64,000 bases of DNA from assembly GCA_965204495.1 (NCBI GenBank), contig OZ241989.1, forward strand, positions 544,312-608,311. The letters are read 5' to 3'. How positions within the stretch are numbered: position 1 is the stretch's first letter; the number at the start of each line of letters is the position of its first letter. The translations under genes were made by a program, and so were the position numbers. This document shows, in pieces, positions 35,406 to 45,148 of this stretch. Below the pieces are notes generated by a model that worked only from the letters and a program-made list of their open reading frames with translations, had not been told where the DNA came from and did no database searches. This stretch comes from Candidatus Hopanoidivoransaceae bacterium (GTDB lineage Bacteria > Actinomycetota > Acidimicrobiia > Acidimicrobiales > Hopanoidiivorantaceae).

Positions 35406-38400
35406 ATGGGGAAACCTTGCTTTTCTAAGCTAACTAAATTTTTCGCGTTTGCTTTGCTCGGCGTAGCGACAGCTATAGCAGCTGTCGTTGTGCTGTCATC
35501 GCCAGTCGCGGCAGACAGCCATACTCGCGGCGGCGGGGGTGGTTTCGATGATTATCCGTGGGATACGGATAATTTGCGCTATGGGAGCTATAACGCTAAG
35601 AGTTTCAATATCCCTTTCCATAAATATGGCGGCTATAGCGGTGTGGCTGCTTGTCAGTCGGGTGTGGCTGACGGGTTTTTCCAGACCGATAACAGCGTGG
35701 TTAACGATTTCCCGGTGCTCGTTTCGTCTGGTAGCGGGGACAGCATTACATGGAGCATAGCTGCGGGTTCGGCGGGCAATAACGCGGGCTGTGATACTTT
35801 TGTCGCCCAGCAGGACAAACTAGCAGCGCAGGTAGCTTCAGGTTTGACCTATGGTTTGTCTGAAGACGGCAAAGTTTATCCAGTCAGCGGGATTGAGTTC
35901 ACTACTGGGAGGTCTGTTTCGGATTTGAACTATGTTGCTTGGACTGCTAAAGCGTCTTCAGATTACACTATTGTGGGAAGCCACGGCGCGACTAGGGATA
36001 GCCGCTATCTGAGGCGAGTGGACGGACACTTGAATCGTTTGGCGATATCACCTCAGTCTGCAGGCAATACCATAACGGTGCCTTCGGGTGATTCTATTTC
36101 TCCGCCAACAGGAGATTTCGGGGCTTCATGGCACAGCAGCCGATCAAACCAATTGGTTGGCGGGGTTTACTACTACCGTTATAAAGCGGCTCTGTATCCT
36201 AGTCTGGCTCGGCATTTGACGAAAACCAAATCAGACGAATTGTGCCGCTACAGATTTCATCCCAGAGGGGAGGACTCTCACGAGAGGATAGGCCGCAGCA
36301 CCGGTAGGTCTCTCTCAAGTCTCAGCCACGCAGACGCTCAGATAGCGGACAGGTTCTGGTGTCGTTCGGATGTGCGCTATGAGCGCAGGTTCGCAGTAGA
36401 AGTTCACGATCTGCCCGACGGTATCATCGCATATGCTGGCGCGCCTGCTTCTGGCACATTCACCGCCTACGGCAGGCTGGGCTGCTATTACACATCCCAA
36501 GGGGCATCGCTAAGATCGGGATCAACGCTATCCCAATGCGGTTACAGGTTTCCTCTGCCGCAGTGTGATCCGAATCCTGGCAACGGCTCTGACAGCGATT
36601 GGCGGAATTACACCAACAGAGAAATACAATCCTCTGGGTTACACGGAAAGGTGTTCACCAAAGCAGACGGAGACTACTGCGCGCCTCAATGCACGCACAA
36701 CGGCAGCAAACGCGACATGACCAACGCGGAGATCAGTGAATACACAAAAGACGATCCGTTCTTCGCGCCGAACACTGACGGCACAACCCCATGCGTCAAA
36801 TCAGACGGCCCGCCGCAGCAGGCTGGTTTCACAGCAGACCCTTGCGTCACAGCAAGTCTGGTGATAGACGAGAACAGGATAGCCGGCAGCGCAGCAGAAC
36901 CTGGCGTGCCAGCTTCGGACAGGACGCTAGTCGCGGCTGCTGACAGAACAGCTTGGGATCTGGATATAACCTCTCCGCATCACAACACGGCAAGCCCGCC
37001 GAGGAATGTAGCAAGCACGCCAGCAGATGCGACTGGCTGCGCTGACGGCTCAGAGAGCAGAGCAGACCACAGCAGCGATGCTGGTTCTGCTGTTCGCAAA
37101 AACACAGCCGCAGGTGCTGACTTGGTTTTGCCTGTTTCTTCTGCCGCTGCCCAGAGCACGCATCCGCCGCACAGCAAAGGCTTCGACTCTGCCGGCACAG
37201 ACTACACAGGCGCGGTCAAAAATATCGCTCATCGCTATGCGAGTAATGTGGCGGAGAATACTTGTGCTGCTAAGCTGGCTGAGGCTGAGATGGTGCTTTC
37301 TGAGATGAAAGCTCGGCGTTTAGCTTTTCAGAGGTATATTGACAGCTATCAAAGCCGCATCGATGCTGCTCTATCAACCTCCGCCACAGCACCTTTGAGT
37401 TTCGGCAATTACTCGACGAACACGCAGCCCGGCTCGGATCTTGGGGTGGATGTTCTGCGCTACAACGCTATAGAAGCTAACCATTCGGCTTATGTGAACG
37501 CACGCAAAGACCATCTTGAGTTTTTAGAAACAGCAGTCGATAAAGCAGAAACCCAATACGGGACAGACACTAGCGGGCTGTCTGTGCCATCGGCGGTTCC
37601 GAATAACGGCTGTGTCGCCAGATACGACAGCGCAATAACCGCTCTTCGTGACAAGATAGACGACGCTGAAACCGATTTCGCTACCGTGGCTAGAACCGCA
37701 GGCAGGAAAAGCGTGTCTGGGCATCTCTCAGATTTCAAGGGTGTGAAATTAGCAAAGAATCCTGACGCAGCGAGAGTTGTTGTGCCGACTGTATCCAGAC
37801 CTGCTTATACATGGAATAACGGCAGCAGTTCTACAGCGTATTCATGTCCTAGCGGCGGAAGACTGAACAGCAACAAAAGCAAATGCACACCGTCAATATC
37901 ACAATCGCAAGCCGCTGCTGCCAGCACTAGTACGGTGACGACAACAGATCAAGAGTGTCTGGATAACCCGCCGGACGACCCTGAAAATCTATGGTTCTTA
38001 GCCTGCTATGGAACCGAGACTGTGACGACTTACAGTTGTCCGTCTCCAGCAGTACCAGCATGGACTCTAAGCGGAAGTTCTTGTTCCAGAATGGTTGACG
38101 GCACTCCTTACACATCTACTGTGACAGTCACTACTTCGCAGTCCTATTCTGTTACCGAAACAGGAACCGTGAAAGGCTATTTCCCGCCCGCAAATTCTTC
38201 GCCAGACAAATCTCAGACATTCACAGTGACTTTCACAGGAACGAGAACCAAAACCGTAGTCAACAGCGGAACGCCGACATATTCAAACAGAACCGACAGC
38301 AACAACTACGCAACCAAATCCAAAGAAGCCGAAAATATCGTCAAAGGATCGCCGCCGACAAGCCAATCCGCTCTGCCGGGTTTCGCCGAGCCGTCAATAA

Positions 38401-40616
38401 CGGCACACACCGACATATCGAACCTGTCGCTGCTAGGCAAATACCATCCGCAGCACACCGACAGAACCAACCTGAAAGCCGCATCCGCTTCCGACCGTAA
38501 CACAGCCGCCGCAAACCTAGGGTCGCTGTCGGCTGGCAACATCACCACAGCAGCAACCGGGGCGATAACGACACCGCAGAACATAGCCAACACAAATGTT
38601 CCGACAAGCTGGGGCGGAACCGGCACCACAGCCGCCAGCAGACGCTCAGACCTGCAAACAGAAACCAACGACTACAAAACCGCCTACACCAGAGCGTATA
38701 ACACCGCTTACAGAGCAGCTCTGTCGGACATGGGAACCACAGCCACAACAACCACATGGAACAACTTCGACTGGCGATACCAACAATCCACACTGGCATG
38801 GGGCAACTACCAAGAAGACCCAGCCACAACATACTCCGCTTCCACAGCCACGCCAAGAGACGGCACAGGCTGCGACCTTGTATCTGTTGCTTCTGACGGC
38901 ACGGTTTCTGTGGAAGCCACACGGCTGGACTACGAAACATCCAGCTACGGCAAAAGCTCCGTCTACAGCACACGAACAGACGCTCAGCGCACATGCAAAA
39001 TACGCAGAACACGCACACCAGAACTGATACTCAAATACCAGCCGTCTCGCCCATCAGGAACAGACACATCCAAAGCAGCGAGTTCCTTCTATGTCAACTA
39101 CCAGCCCCCAGTCGCCGCCGGACAACCTGCATCGGAGCGGTTCAAGCTCTACGACGAAGCAGAAGTATTCGCAGTCAAAACATCTCTAGCCGACAGCCCG
39201 CCAGTGCTGTGCTACCAGCCAGGCGAAGCACTAGTAGCGCATGTCGCAGCCAAAGGCATAGACGCTGTAAACAAAGCGGTATTCAGACACGCATCAGGAT
39301 TCGCAGGCGGCAACAAGAAGCACTGCTACAGGCATCCTTCATTGGCGCAGCTGGTGTCTAACGGAAAATCGCAGCCGGCGTTTGTGTTCTTTGACGACAC
39401 AGCACACTCGGCTATGGCTTCGGTGAATGTCGTGTGGCAGCAGCCGACACCGAAGATAGTGTCCAAGCTAGGATCGGCAGACGATCTGAAAATGATGGCG
39501 AACACCGTCGCTCTTGTCGCTAGCTCTCCTGTGGCTTATGCGGATGCGACACGAACTTCCAGCTTCTACGGCACCTACTACACATTCCCCACAGACAACA
39601 GCGTGAAGTCTCCTAGCGGATGGGACATCACAGGACACCCCAGCTTGACGCTCGCATCAACATTCGAACAGCATCAAGTGCAAGCCAAAGACACAGCCGC
39701 CAAAACACCGACAACACACACGATGGTGTTCAAATTCATAGACTGCGTGTTCGGAATAGAAGATGTCGCATTCGTAGACAACATCGCAAGCCCCTACGCG
39801 CTGCTGTCTGATGAGAACGGAGTAGTGCCGTCTGGATGGAAGCAAACCTATGACAGAGACCCGCACAACAGCCCCACATGGTACTATCCTGCGTTCTCCA
39901 CCTATGAAGGCGCGCTGCGGCTGGACGGCAGACGAGACAGCAACGGCGACCCTATAACCTACGGGCGCAACACCCAGGGCGGATTCGCTCATCCGTCATA
40001 TGCTTTGGAGAACACCGCATCAGACGGAATAGGCTGGGGCGTCGTCTATGAAGACAAAGTAGGCAAACAACAGCCAGTCTGGGCGATACACGCACCGCCA
40101 GTGCCAGGCGACAACACATTGACAGCTATAGAGGTTTGTGGAGTGAATAATCTAGGTGCAGGCGGCAGGAATCCGATGCCAACAGCAACCAGACGAATCG
40201 GCACCCCAGCGACACCGCCGCCAGCTTCTGGGGTGTGGTCATGGAAAGCGTCAGGCTGGGATTATCACGATAATCCTGTCATGCTGTGGAGCGTAGATGA
40301 CGACCCTGACAGAGAAGACAAATGGGAGACAAGAACATCAGACTCTTCTGCGAAACTGCCGCGCAAACCTCACTGCAATATGGATTACGCCACAGAAGAA
40401 TCCAATGTCGCCGAACTGGATGTGTTCACAGACCCTGACAATGCCGCTCCAGCAGGTCAATCGCGATTAGAAGACCAAGACATGGTGCTTGCTAACTTCC
40501 AGCCTCTAGCAGTCAGCAAATCCGCCAGAGCCCAACTGAGTGGTTATTCACTTCTGGCGCGATCCCAGTCTTTCGTCGTGCCCGCGCGCCCTTCTTCTTC
40601 TACCTTGACGCCCTAG
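35406..40616 (+). CDS. Giant (1,736 aa) secreted or cell-surface protein with no recognisable domain
   Basis: It is an uninterrupted 5.2-kb ORF. The N-terminal signal/anchor is FFAFALLGVATAIAAVVVLSSPVAAD. I count about 28 Cys, several of them in close pairs. One coiled-coil-like stretch is present. I could see no internal tandem repeats and no sortase signal. Confidence 0.75.
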   Translation: MGKPCFSKLTKFFAFALLGVATAIAAVVVLSSPVAADSHTRGGGGGFDDYPWDTDNLRYGSYNAKSFNIPFHKYGGYSGVAACQSGVADGFFQTDNSVVNDFPVLVSSGSGDSITWSIAAGSAGNNAGCDTFVAQQDKLAAQVASGLTYGLSEDGKVYPVSGIEFTTGRSVSDLNYVAWTAKASSDYTIVGSHGATRDSRYLRRVDGHLNRLAISPQSAGNTITVPSGDSISPPTGDFGASWHSSRSNQLVGGVYYYRYKAALYPSLARHLTKTKSDELCRYRFHPRGEDSHERIGRSTGRSLSSLSHADAQIADRFWCRSDVRYERRFAVEVHDLPDGIIAYAGAPASGTFTAYGRLGCYYTSQGASLRSGSTLSQCGYRFPLPQCDPNPGNGSDSDWRNYTNREIQSSGLHGKVFTKADGDYCAPQCTHNGSKRDMTNAEISEYTKDDPFFAPNTDGTTPCVKSDGPPQQAGFTADPCVTASLVIDENRIAGSAAEPGVPASDRTLVAAADRTAWDLDITSPHHNTASPPRNVASTPADATGCADGSESRADHSSDAGSAVRKNTAAGADLVLPVSSAAAQSTHPPHSKGFDSAGTDYTGAVKNIAHRYASNVAENTCAAKLAEAEMVLSEMKARRLAFQRYIDSYQSRIDAALSTSATAPLSFGNYSTNTQPGSDLGVDVLRYNAIEANHSAYVNARKDHLEFLETAVDKAETQYGTDTSGLSVPSAVPNNGCVARYDSAITALRDKIDDAETDFATVARTAGRKSVSGHLSDFKGVKLAKNPDAARVVVPTVSRPAYTWNNGSSSTAYSCPSGGRLNSNKSKCTPSISQSQAAAASTSTVTTTDQECLDNPPDDPENLWFLACYGTETVTTYSCPSPAVPAWTLSGSSCSRMVDGTPYTSTVTVTTSQSYSVTETGTVKGYFPPANSSPDKSQTFTVTFTGTRTKTVVNSGTPTYSNRTDSNNYATKSKEAENIVKGSPPTSQSALPGFAEPSITAHTDISNLSLLGKYHPQHTDRTNLKAASASDRNTAAANLGSLSAGNITTAATGAITTPQNIANTNVPTSWGGTGTTAASRRSDLQTETNDYKTAYTRAYNTAYRAALSDMGTTATTTTWNNFDWRYQQSTLAWGNYQEDPATTYSASTATPRDGTGCDLVSVASDGTVSVEATRLDYETSSYGKSSVYSTRTDAQRTCKIRRTRTPELILKYQPSRPSGTDTSKAASSFYVNYQPPVAAGQPASERFKLYDEAEVFAVKTSLADSPPVLCYQPGEALVAHVAAKGIDAVNKAVFRHASGFAGGNKKHCYRHPSLAQLVSNGKSQPAFVFFDDTAHSAMASVNVVWQQPTPKIVSKLGSADDLKMMANTVALVASSPVAYADATRTSSFYGTYYTFPTDNSVKSPSGWDITGHPSLTLASTFEQHQVQAKDTAAKTPTTHTMVFKFIDCVFGIEDVAFVDNIASPYALLSDENGVVPSGWKQTYDRDPHNSPTWYYPAFSTYEGALRLDGRRDSNGDPITYGRNTQGGFAHPSYALENTASDGIGWGVVYEDKVGKQQPVWAIHAPPVPGDNTLTAIEVCGVNNLGAGGRNPMPTATRRIGTPATPPPASGVWSWKASGWDYHDNPVMLWSVDDDPDREDKWETRTSDSSAKLPRKPHCNMDYATEESNVAELDVFTDPDNAAPAGQSRLEDQDMVLANFQPLAVSKSARAQLSGYSLLARSQSFVVPARPSSSTLTP

Positions 40617-41345
40617 ACCAAGATATGACCATCACCGAATTCTTAGAAGAGTTCGATGGAACAACCAAGGAGCACATAGACACTTTTTGGGAACTCTCAC
40701 TGGCTAGCACACAAACCTAGCCAGCAATGAGCGAGAGACTGACCGGGGCCGTGTCTCCGCCCGCTCCTACCACCGCGCTGTCTCCTCCCCACCCAACTGG
40801 AAAAGATACCCAAGAATGGTTGCCTCGTTTGCAACAACTGCTGCTATAGTGAATTCACATGAGGGCAGCATCAGCCACTTTCAATCGTGAGACAGGCCAA
40901 TTCGCCCACGTAGTGGATGGGAACAGCACTTTTGCGATGTCTCAAAGAGCAGCGAGGTCTATGCAAACCAGCTCAGGCCATAAGCGCGGCGCGGCTGATA
41001 TTTCTGATAGGATTGTCGGCATGTTGAAGCTAGACAAGATAACGGCTCTTCACGAGCCGCCGACCAACCGACGCCGCCTCTTCCACCTGCCCCTGAGGAT
41101 GCCGAGCCTCAAGGCCAGTACACTGGCTGCTTGGACCTCATCCGCAGTGGCGATGATCCAAAGGGAGGCATACCCACAGCACCAGTTGACGGTTGAGCTT
41201 GATAAGCCCTTTAGCCAGAGAGCAAACCCGTCCAACCCCTGATCCAGCCGTAGTCCCTTCCACTGAAGGAGGAGCAGAAGAAATTCCTCTGAGCAACAAC
41301 ATATCCAATTATTATAACAACCACACAAAAAGGAGATAAACCCAA

Positions 41346-41993
41346 ATGAGTGCAAACATATGGATAGACACACACCACAACAACCTACATGCTTCGAACA
41401 AGCTTCTCTCCGAAGTCTTAGAAGAGAGAAGGGAGGATGCCCAAAAGAGCGTTTTGGCAATTCCTGAAAAGGATTTCCTAAAGCAAAATAATAGTGAGAT
41501 TGAAAAACCTCTCACTTGTCAGTTCACCATAGGTCTAGTAACTTTTGAAGACCCAAAAATAAAGAGACCTGAACCAGAAGGTGGAAATTATGTGATCCAT
41601 CAAACAATCCCCTTCAAAGGCGACCCGGTTTTACTTGAGTACTCGCCGTTTGCAACTGGCCCCATACCGCCAATTGCTTCTACTAAGAAGCAGACTCCCG
41701 CTAGAGGACCAATTGGCAAAATAATAAAATTAAAAAACAGCAGTAACTGCAGAGAAATTGAGGTGAAGCTGGTATTCAAAGGCGATATCATGAATGAAGA
41801 GAACACTCCTCAAAATATAAAAAAAATACTCAAAAACAACTATATAGAAATTATGGAATGGACTGATTCTGCTAACCAGGATGCCGCACAATTCAACAAA
41901 CACTTACCATATTACATTTCAGTATCTATTCAAGACAGGAGGAATAGCTTGCAGATGATCGAAAATGTTTGTAAGCAGATCCAAGACAAGTAG
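41346..41993 (+). CDS. Hypothetical protein on an AT-rich segment
   Basis: It is a 215-aa ORF preceded by AAAAGGAGATAAACCCAA-ATG. It is Lys/Asn/Ile-rich, and the AT-rich composition begins at ~41280. No motif is recognised. Confidence 0.5.
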   Translation: MSANIWIDTHHNNLHASNKLLSEVLEERREDAQKSVLAIPEKDFLKQNNSEIEKPLTCQFTIGLVTFEDPKIKRPEPEGGNYVIHQTIPFKGDPVLLEYSPFATGPIPPIASTKKQTPARGPIGKIIKLKNSSNCREIEVKLVFKGDIMNEENTPQNIKKILKNNYIEIMEWTDSANQDAAQFNKHLPYYISVSIQDRRNSLQMIENVCKQIQDK

Positions 41994-42022
41994 AAAAAAA
42001 TTGATCCAACAAGTTCAGCGAT

Positions 42023-42770
42023 CTAAAGGTAATAATATAATAAACTTATCCGTGAGTTGATATCTTTGGGGTGGATAGGTGGGCGTTCCGGGGTGTTTGC
42101 TAGGTTGTTCTTCGCTGTGGAGAGAGCGGTTTTAGGGGTTTGGCATGGACGGATGTTGTGCTTTTCGGCGAACTCGTTGACATAGCGGGCTAGGTGTTTG
42201 CTGCTGAGGTGATGGTGGGTGCTGTGCATGCTTCTTGTGAGCAAAGGACAGAAGGATTCCACGCTGTTGATGTGGGCGTGGCCTCTCACATATTGCCCCC
42301 GGCGTTGGGTAACTTGTTGAGTGATCGTATTCGAAGTCCGCGTCAAAGCTGGCGTAGACTCTGTTGTCGTCTGTTATAGCCCCACGAGCCTTCAGCCACG
42401 CTGCCGACCACGAAACCCTGCAAGTTGGCCTTGTCCGAGCGGCTCAAGGACTCAGCTATCACACCGCCTCCCCGCAGCAATGCTCCAGCAACAGCCGTCT
42501 TGCCCGCGGTTCTCCTGCAAGCCCGGCTTGTAAGACTCAATCACAGCGCCTTTCTTCACCTTGAAAAATCCACGACAGCCACGGCATCTGAACTTCATCT
42601 GCCTATGGCGAAACAACCCCCATATTGCCGCTGCCGCAATCAGGGCACCCGATATCGCCCTTCCATCTTACCCAGCACAGCCAATCTTCGGCGTGACAAT
42701 CATCGGGAAAAGCTCCAGTAACTCCAAAATACTAACATCCTCTCGCCTCTTCAGAGTCACCATCGTCCAT
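42023..42770 (-). mobile_element. IS1595-family (ISXO2-like) transposase pseudogene
   Basis: The pieces lie in three frames on the minus strand. The first is FPDDCHAEDWLCWVRWKGDIGCPDCGS (Zn-ribbon) followed by a TAG. The second is KFRCRGCRGFFKVKKGAVIES. The third is GKTAVAGALLRGGGVIAESL..LQGFVVGSVAEGS. The fourth is HINSVESF...HHHLSSKHLARYVNEFAEKHNIR (C-terminal DDE region). In-frame stops occur at 42732-42734 and after VVSP, and there are at least 2 frameshifts. Confidence 0.75.
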
Positions 42771-42915
42771 TTCGGTGTTCGGTTGTTCACCTGCTTCATG
42801 TCGCTGTAAGTCGTCCAGAGCGATACATGGATTCCTCTATCTGGAAGAAGGTAATAGCTTATTGGCGGACTAGGCGGTTGCGAAGATATTGCTGGCGGGT
42901 CGATGTCTCAAATGC

Positions 42916-43080
42916 TTAATTCAGGTCGGCAACGACTGCCTCGACTGTATCTAAGACTTGCTGGAGCGAGGTATCCAAGACGACAGGTGGATCGGGTGGC
43001 AAGTGGTTGGGCACGAAGGCTCGAACGCTTTCGCCTGCGATTCGGATTGTCTCGTAGCGGCCGATTTCGCCACGCTTCAT
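42916..43080 (-). pseudogene. Fic-family N-terminal fragment (54 codons)
   Basis: The minus-strand translation is MKRGEIGRYETIRIAGESVRAFVPNHLPPDPPVVLDTSLQQVLDTVEAVVADLN*. It matches the Fic_N pattern G.Y......GGe.vrAFvP.pLPP.ppl. No Fic core follows in any frame. Confidence 0.6.
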
Positions 43081-43230
43081 GGCTGCTCCTTGGTGTGGGA
43101 GTTATTTTCAGACAAGGTTTGAAGCCTTGCTAGGCCAGTCAGCTGGCTAGAGTGTGCTATCGCACTGAACAATGGGAGCACTTCTGCCCGAACCCTCACT
43201 CCCTTGTAAGTCTTCAGGCTATTTAATTAT

Positions 43231-43248
43231 ATGCCAGAGTTCTGGCAT
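43231..43248 (-). terminator. Hairpin just downstream of the GmrSD-like stop
   Basis: atgccaga-gt-tctggcat has perfect 8-bp arms and lies 24 nt after the stop at 43272. The flanks are A/T-rich, but there is no clean U-run. Confidence 0.25.
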
Positions 43249-43271
43249 TATATCCACATTGAACTAAATAT

Positions 43272-45128
43272 TCAATCACTCTTCAGATTGTCTGGACTCC
43301 ATATTTTCTCAGCAACTCTAAGGTAAAGATCTTGACGCTGATCAAGTTCTGATTTTTCAAATTTAGAATAAGCCTTCAAGTTAAGTCCAGTGGAACGAAT
43401 AAAGTCTTTGAATGCAGGATTATTTGAATAAGTACTGTGATGGAGACTAGAAGCTAATAATTCATTCTTTTGATAATGCTCAACCTTTTCATTATATGGC
43501 TTGTCAGAGTAACTTGCGTTGCTCTTTTTTGGCAATAAAAGAAGTCCGCCTATGCGATTACGATATTCAAAAAACTCATGCTCAGTATTAAAATCTTTTT
43601 TGTGACCATGCTCAATGTACTTGTTTGCCCAGATATGCTCTATCTCATAGGGGTTTTCTTTGCGCTCAGTATACTCAACATAGCGTGGCTCGCTGCCATC
43701 TGACATTTGTATATAATCTGTAATCCTAGCTAAAATTCGGTGAATTTTTTTTCTATTCTGTTTGTTTAATTGCAAAGAATTATTTGAATTAAACTGCTCA
43801 CTTTCTTGCTTGAGTTCGTTAGTGAAAAACTCTATTAGTTCATTATAGCTCATGTTTCTTATTGGCAAAATTATTGATTTATACATATTATGCTTCATTG
43901 TAGCATAGTCAATTGCTCTGTTATTCCAAATTCTTCTAGCTAATACAATATCCAAATAAATAGATGTAACTTTGATTTTATTAAAAATATCATCTTCAGT
44001 ATCCTTTTGAATATTATCGTGATTCAATGGTGCTAATATTACAGGGTATTGCAAAGAAAAGTTATTTTGTGCGTTATAATACACGTTAGGAAAGTCATTG
44101 GAGAAATTTTTTGCTTTATCTATCAAAAACATATACCACTTTGTATAAAATTTAAAATTCTCTGAAATAAAATTAAAATAGCTCTGACTGTTTTTGTCAA
44201 TAAGTCCGAGTTTATTAGCGTTATCTTTTACCCATCGATGACTCTGAGAGGCAATTAATTCAAAATCTTGATCCTCAGAGTCTCGTTTTCTTTCCCTCAC
44301 TGTAGTGGCATACTGGCTGCGTAACCATGCTTTAATGGCATCAGAGTCTTCTTCCTTTCCAATATTTCGCAACTCATTGACACGTTCTCTCCATATTTCG
44401 TTTGCTTTATTTCTTGATTCTTGTTCAGTTATATTGGTTAGAAGATATCCTTTTAGCATGTCTGTTGATGTAAGAGACAAACCTCTATCATTCATAGTTT
44501 CAAATATTGTATAGGCATCGCTATCAGACGAAGTATCTATGATAATCACATCAACATTATAAATCAACCAAGCTGAAAAATGCTCAATTGCATTATCAGT
44601 AATTTCATTTGGGAAGTTATCAACAATATCTTGATAACGTGACATTATGTTCTGTATTGACTCATTTTCTTGTGACGTATCAAAATTGCTAGTTTCATTA
44701 AAAAGTGCTTCCATACATTGTTCACGTTCGTCAACATCCAAGACAAACGCCTGTCGTGGCGGGATATACTTAGAAATTAATGATTCGACATGTGAAGATT
44801 CATAATTTTTTTCCTTCAATTGATGCATAATGTATATTAGAAGAAGAGTCAAAGTTGTTAATCTTTGTTGACCATCAACTATATAGTACTTGCCATCTAC
44901 AGATGAAATAATTATGGATCCAAAAAAATATCCTTCGTATTCTGATCTAACACTTTCTAGATCATTATTTTGATCATGGCTGTTTAAAAACCTATCGCCA
45001 AGATCAGTCAGCATGTCAACAACCTGCTTTGTTCCCCACCTATATTCGCGCTGATAGTAATCTATATTGAATCTTTGCCCATCCAATACTTCTTGAAGGC
45101 ACTTTGATTCTGCTTGAATTGTTTTCAT
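43272..45128 (-). CDS. GmrSD-like type IV restriction endonuclease (DUF262 + DUF1524)
   Basis: The N-terminal YQREYRWGTKQV and DGQQRLTTLTLLLIY are the DUF262/ParB-like DGQQR motif. The C-terminal YEIEHIWA...IGGLLLLPKKSNAS is a DUF1524 His-Me finger pattern. By eye the gene is about 30-35% GC, against a much GC-richer flank. Confidence 0.8.
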   Translation of the reverse strand: MKTIQAESKCLQEVLDGQRFNIDYYQREYRWGTKQVVDMLTDLGDRFLNSHDQNNDLESVRSEYEGYFFGSIIISSVDGKYYIVDGQQRLTTLTLLLIYIMHQLKEKNYESSHVESLISKYIPPRQAFVLDVDEREQCMEALFNETSNFDTSQENESIQNIMSRYQDIVDNFPNEITDNAIEHFSAWLIYNVDVIIIDTSSDSDAYTIFETMNDRGLSLTSTDMLKGYLLTNITEQESRNKANEIWRERVNELRNIGKEEDSDAIKAWLRSQYATTVRERKRDSEDQDFELIASQSHRWVKDNANKLGLIDKNSQSYFNFISENFKFYTKWYMFLIDKAKNFSNDFPNVYYNAQNNFSLQYPVILAPLNHDNIQKDTEDDIFNKIKVTSIYLDIVLARRIWNNRAIDYATMKHNMYKSIILPIRNMSYNELIEFFTNELKQESEQFNSNNSLQLNKQNRKKIHRILARITDYIQMSDGSEPRYVEYTERKENPYEIEHIWANKYIEHGHKKDFNTEHEFFEYRNRIGGLLLLPKKSNASYSDKPYNEKVEHYQKNELLASSLHHSTYSNNPAFKDFIRSTGLNLKAYSKFEKSELDQRQDLYLRVAEKIWSPDNLKSD

Positions 45129-45148
45129 GGTATTCTCCTTTTAATCTG

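Noticed and set aside
40859-41242. A 127-aa ORF, plus an overlapping 136-aa minus-strand ORF, in the gap after the giant gene.
   Set aside because: There is no RBS, motif or convincing composition, and the two overlapping ORFs exclude each other. The 40.6-41.3 kb stretch is more likely noncoding or gene debris.
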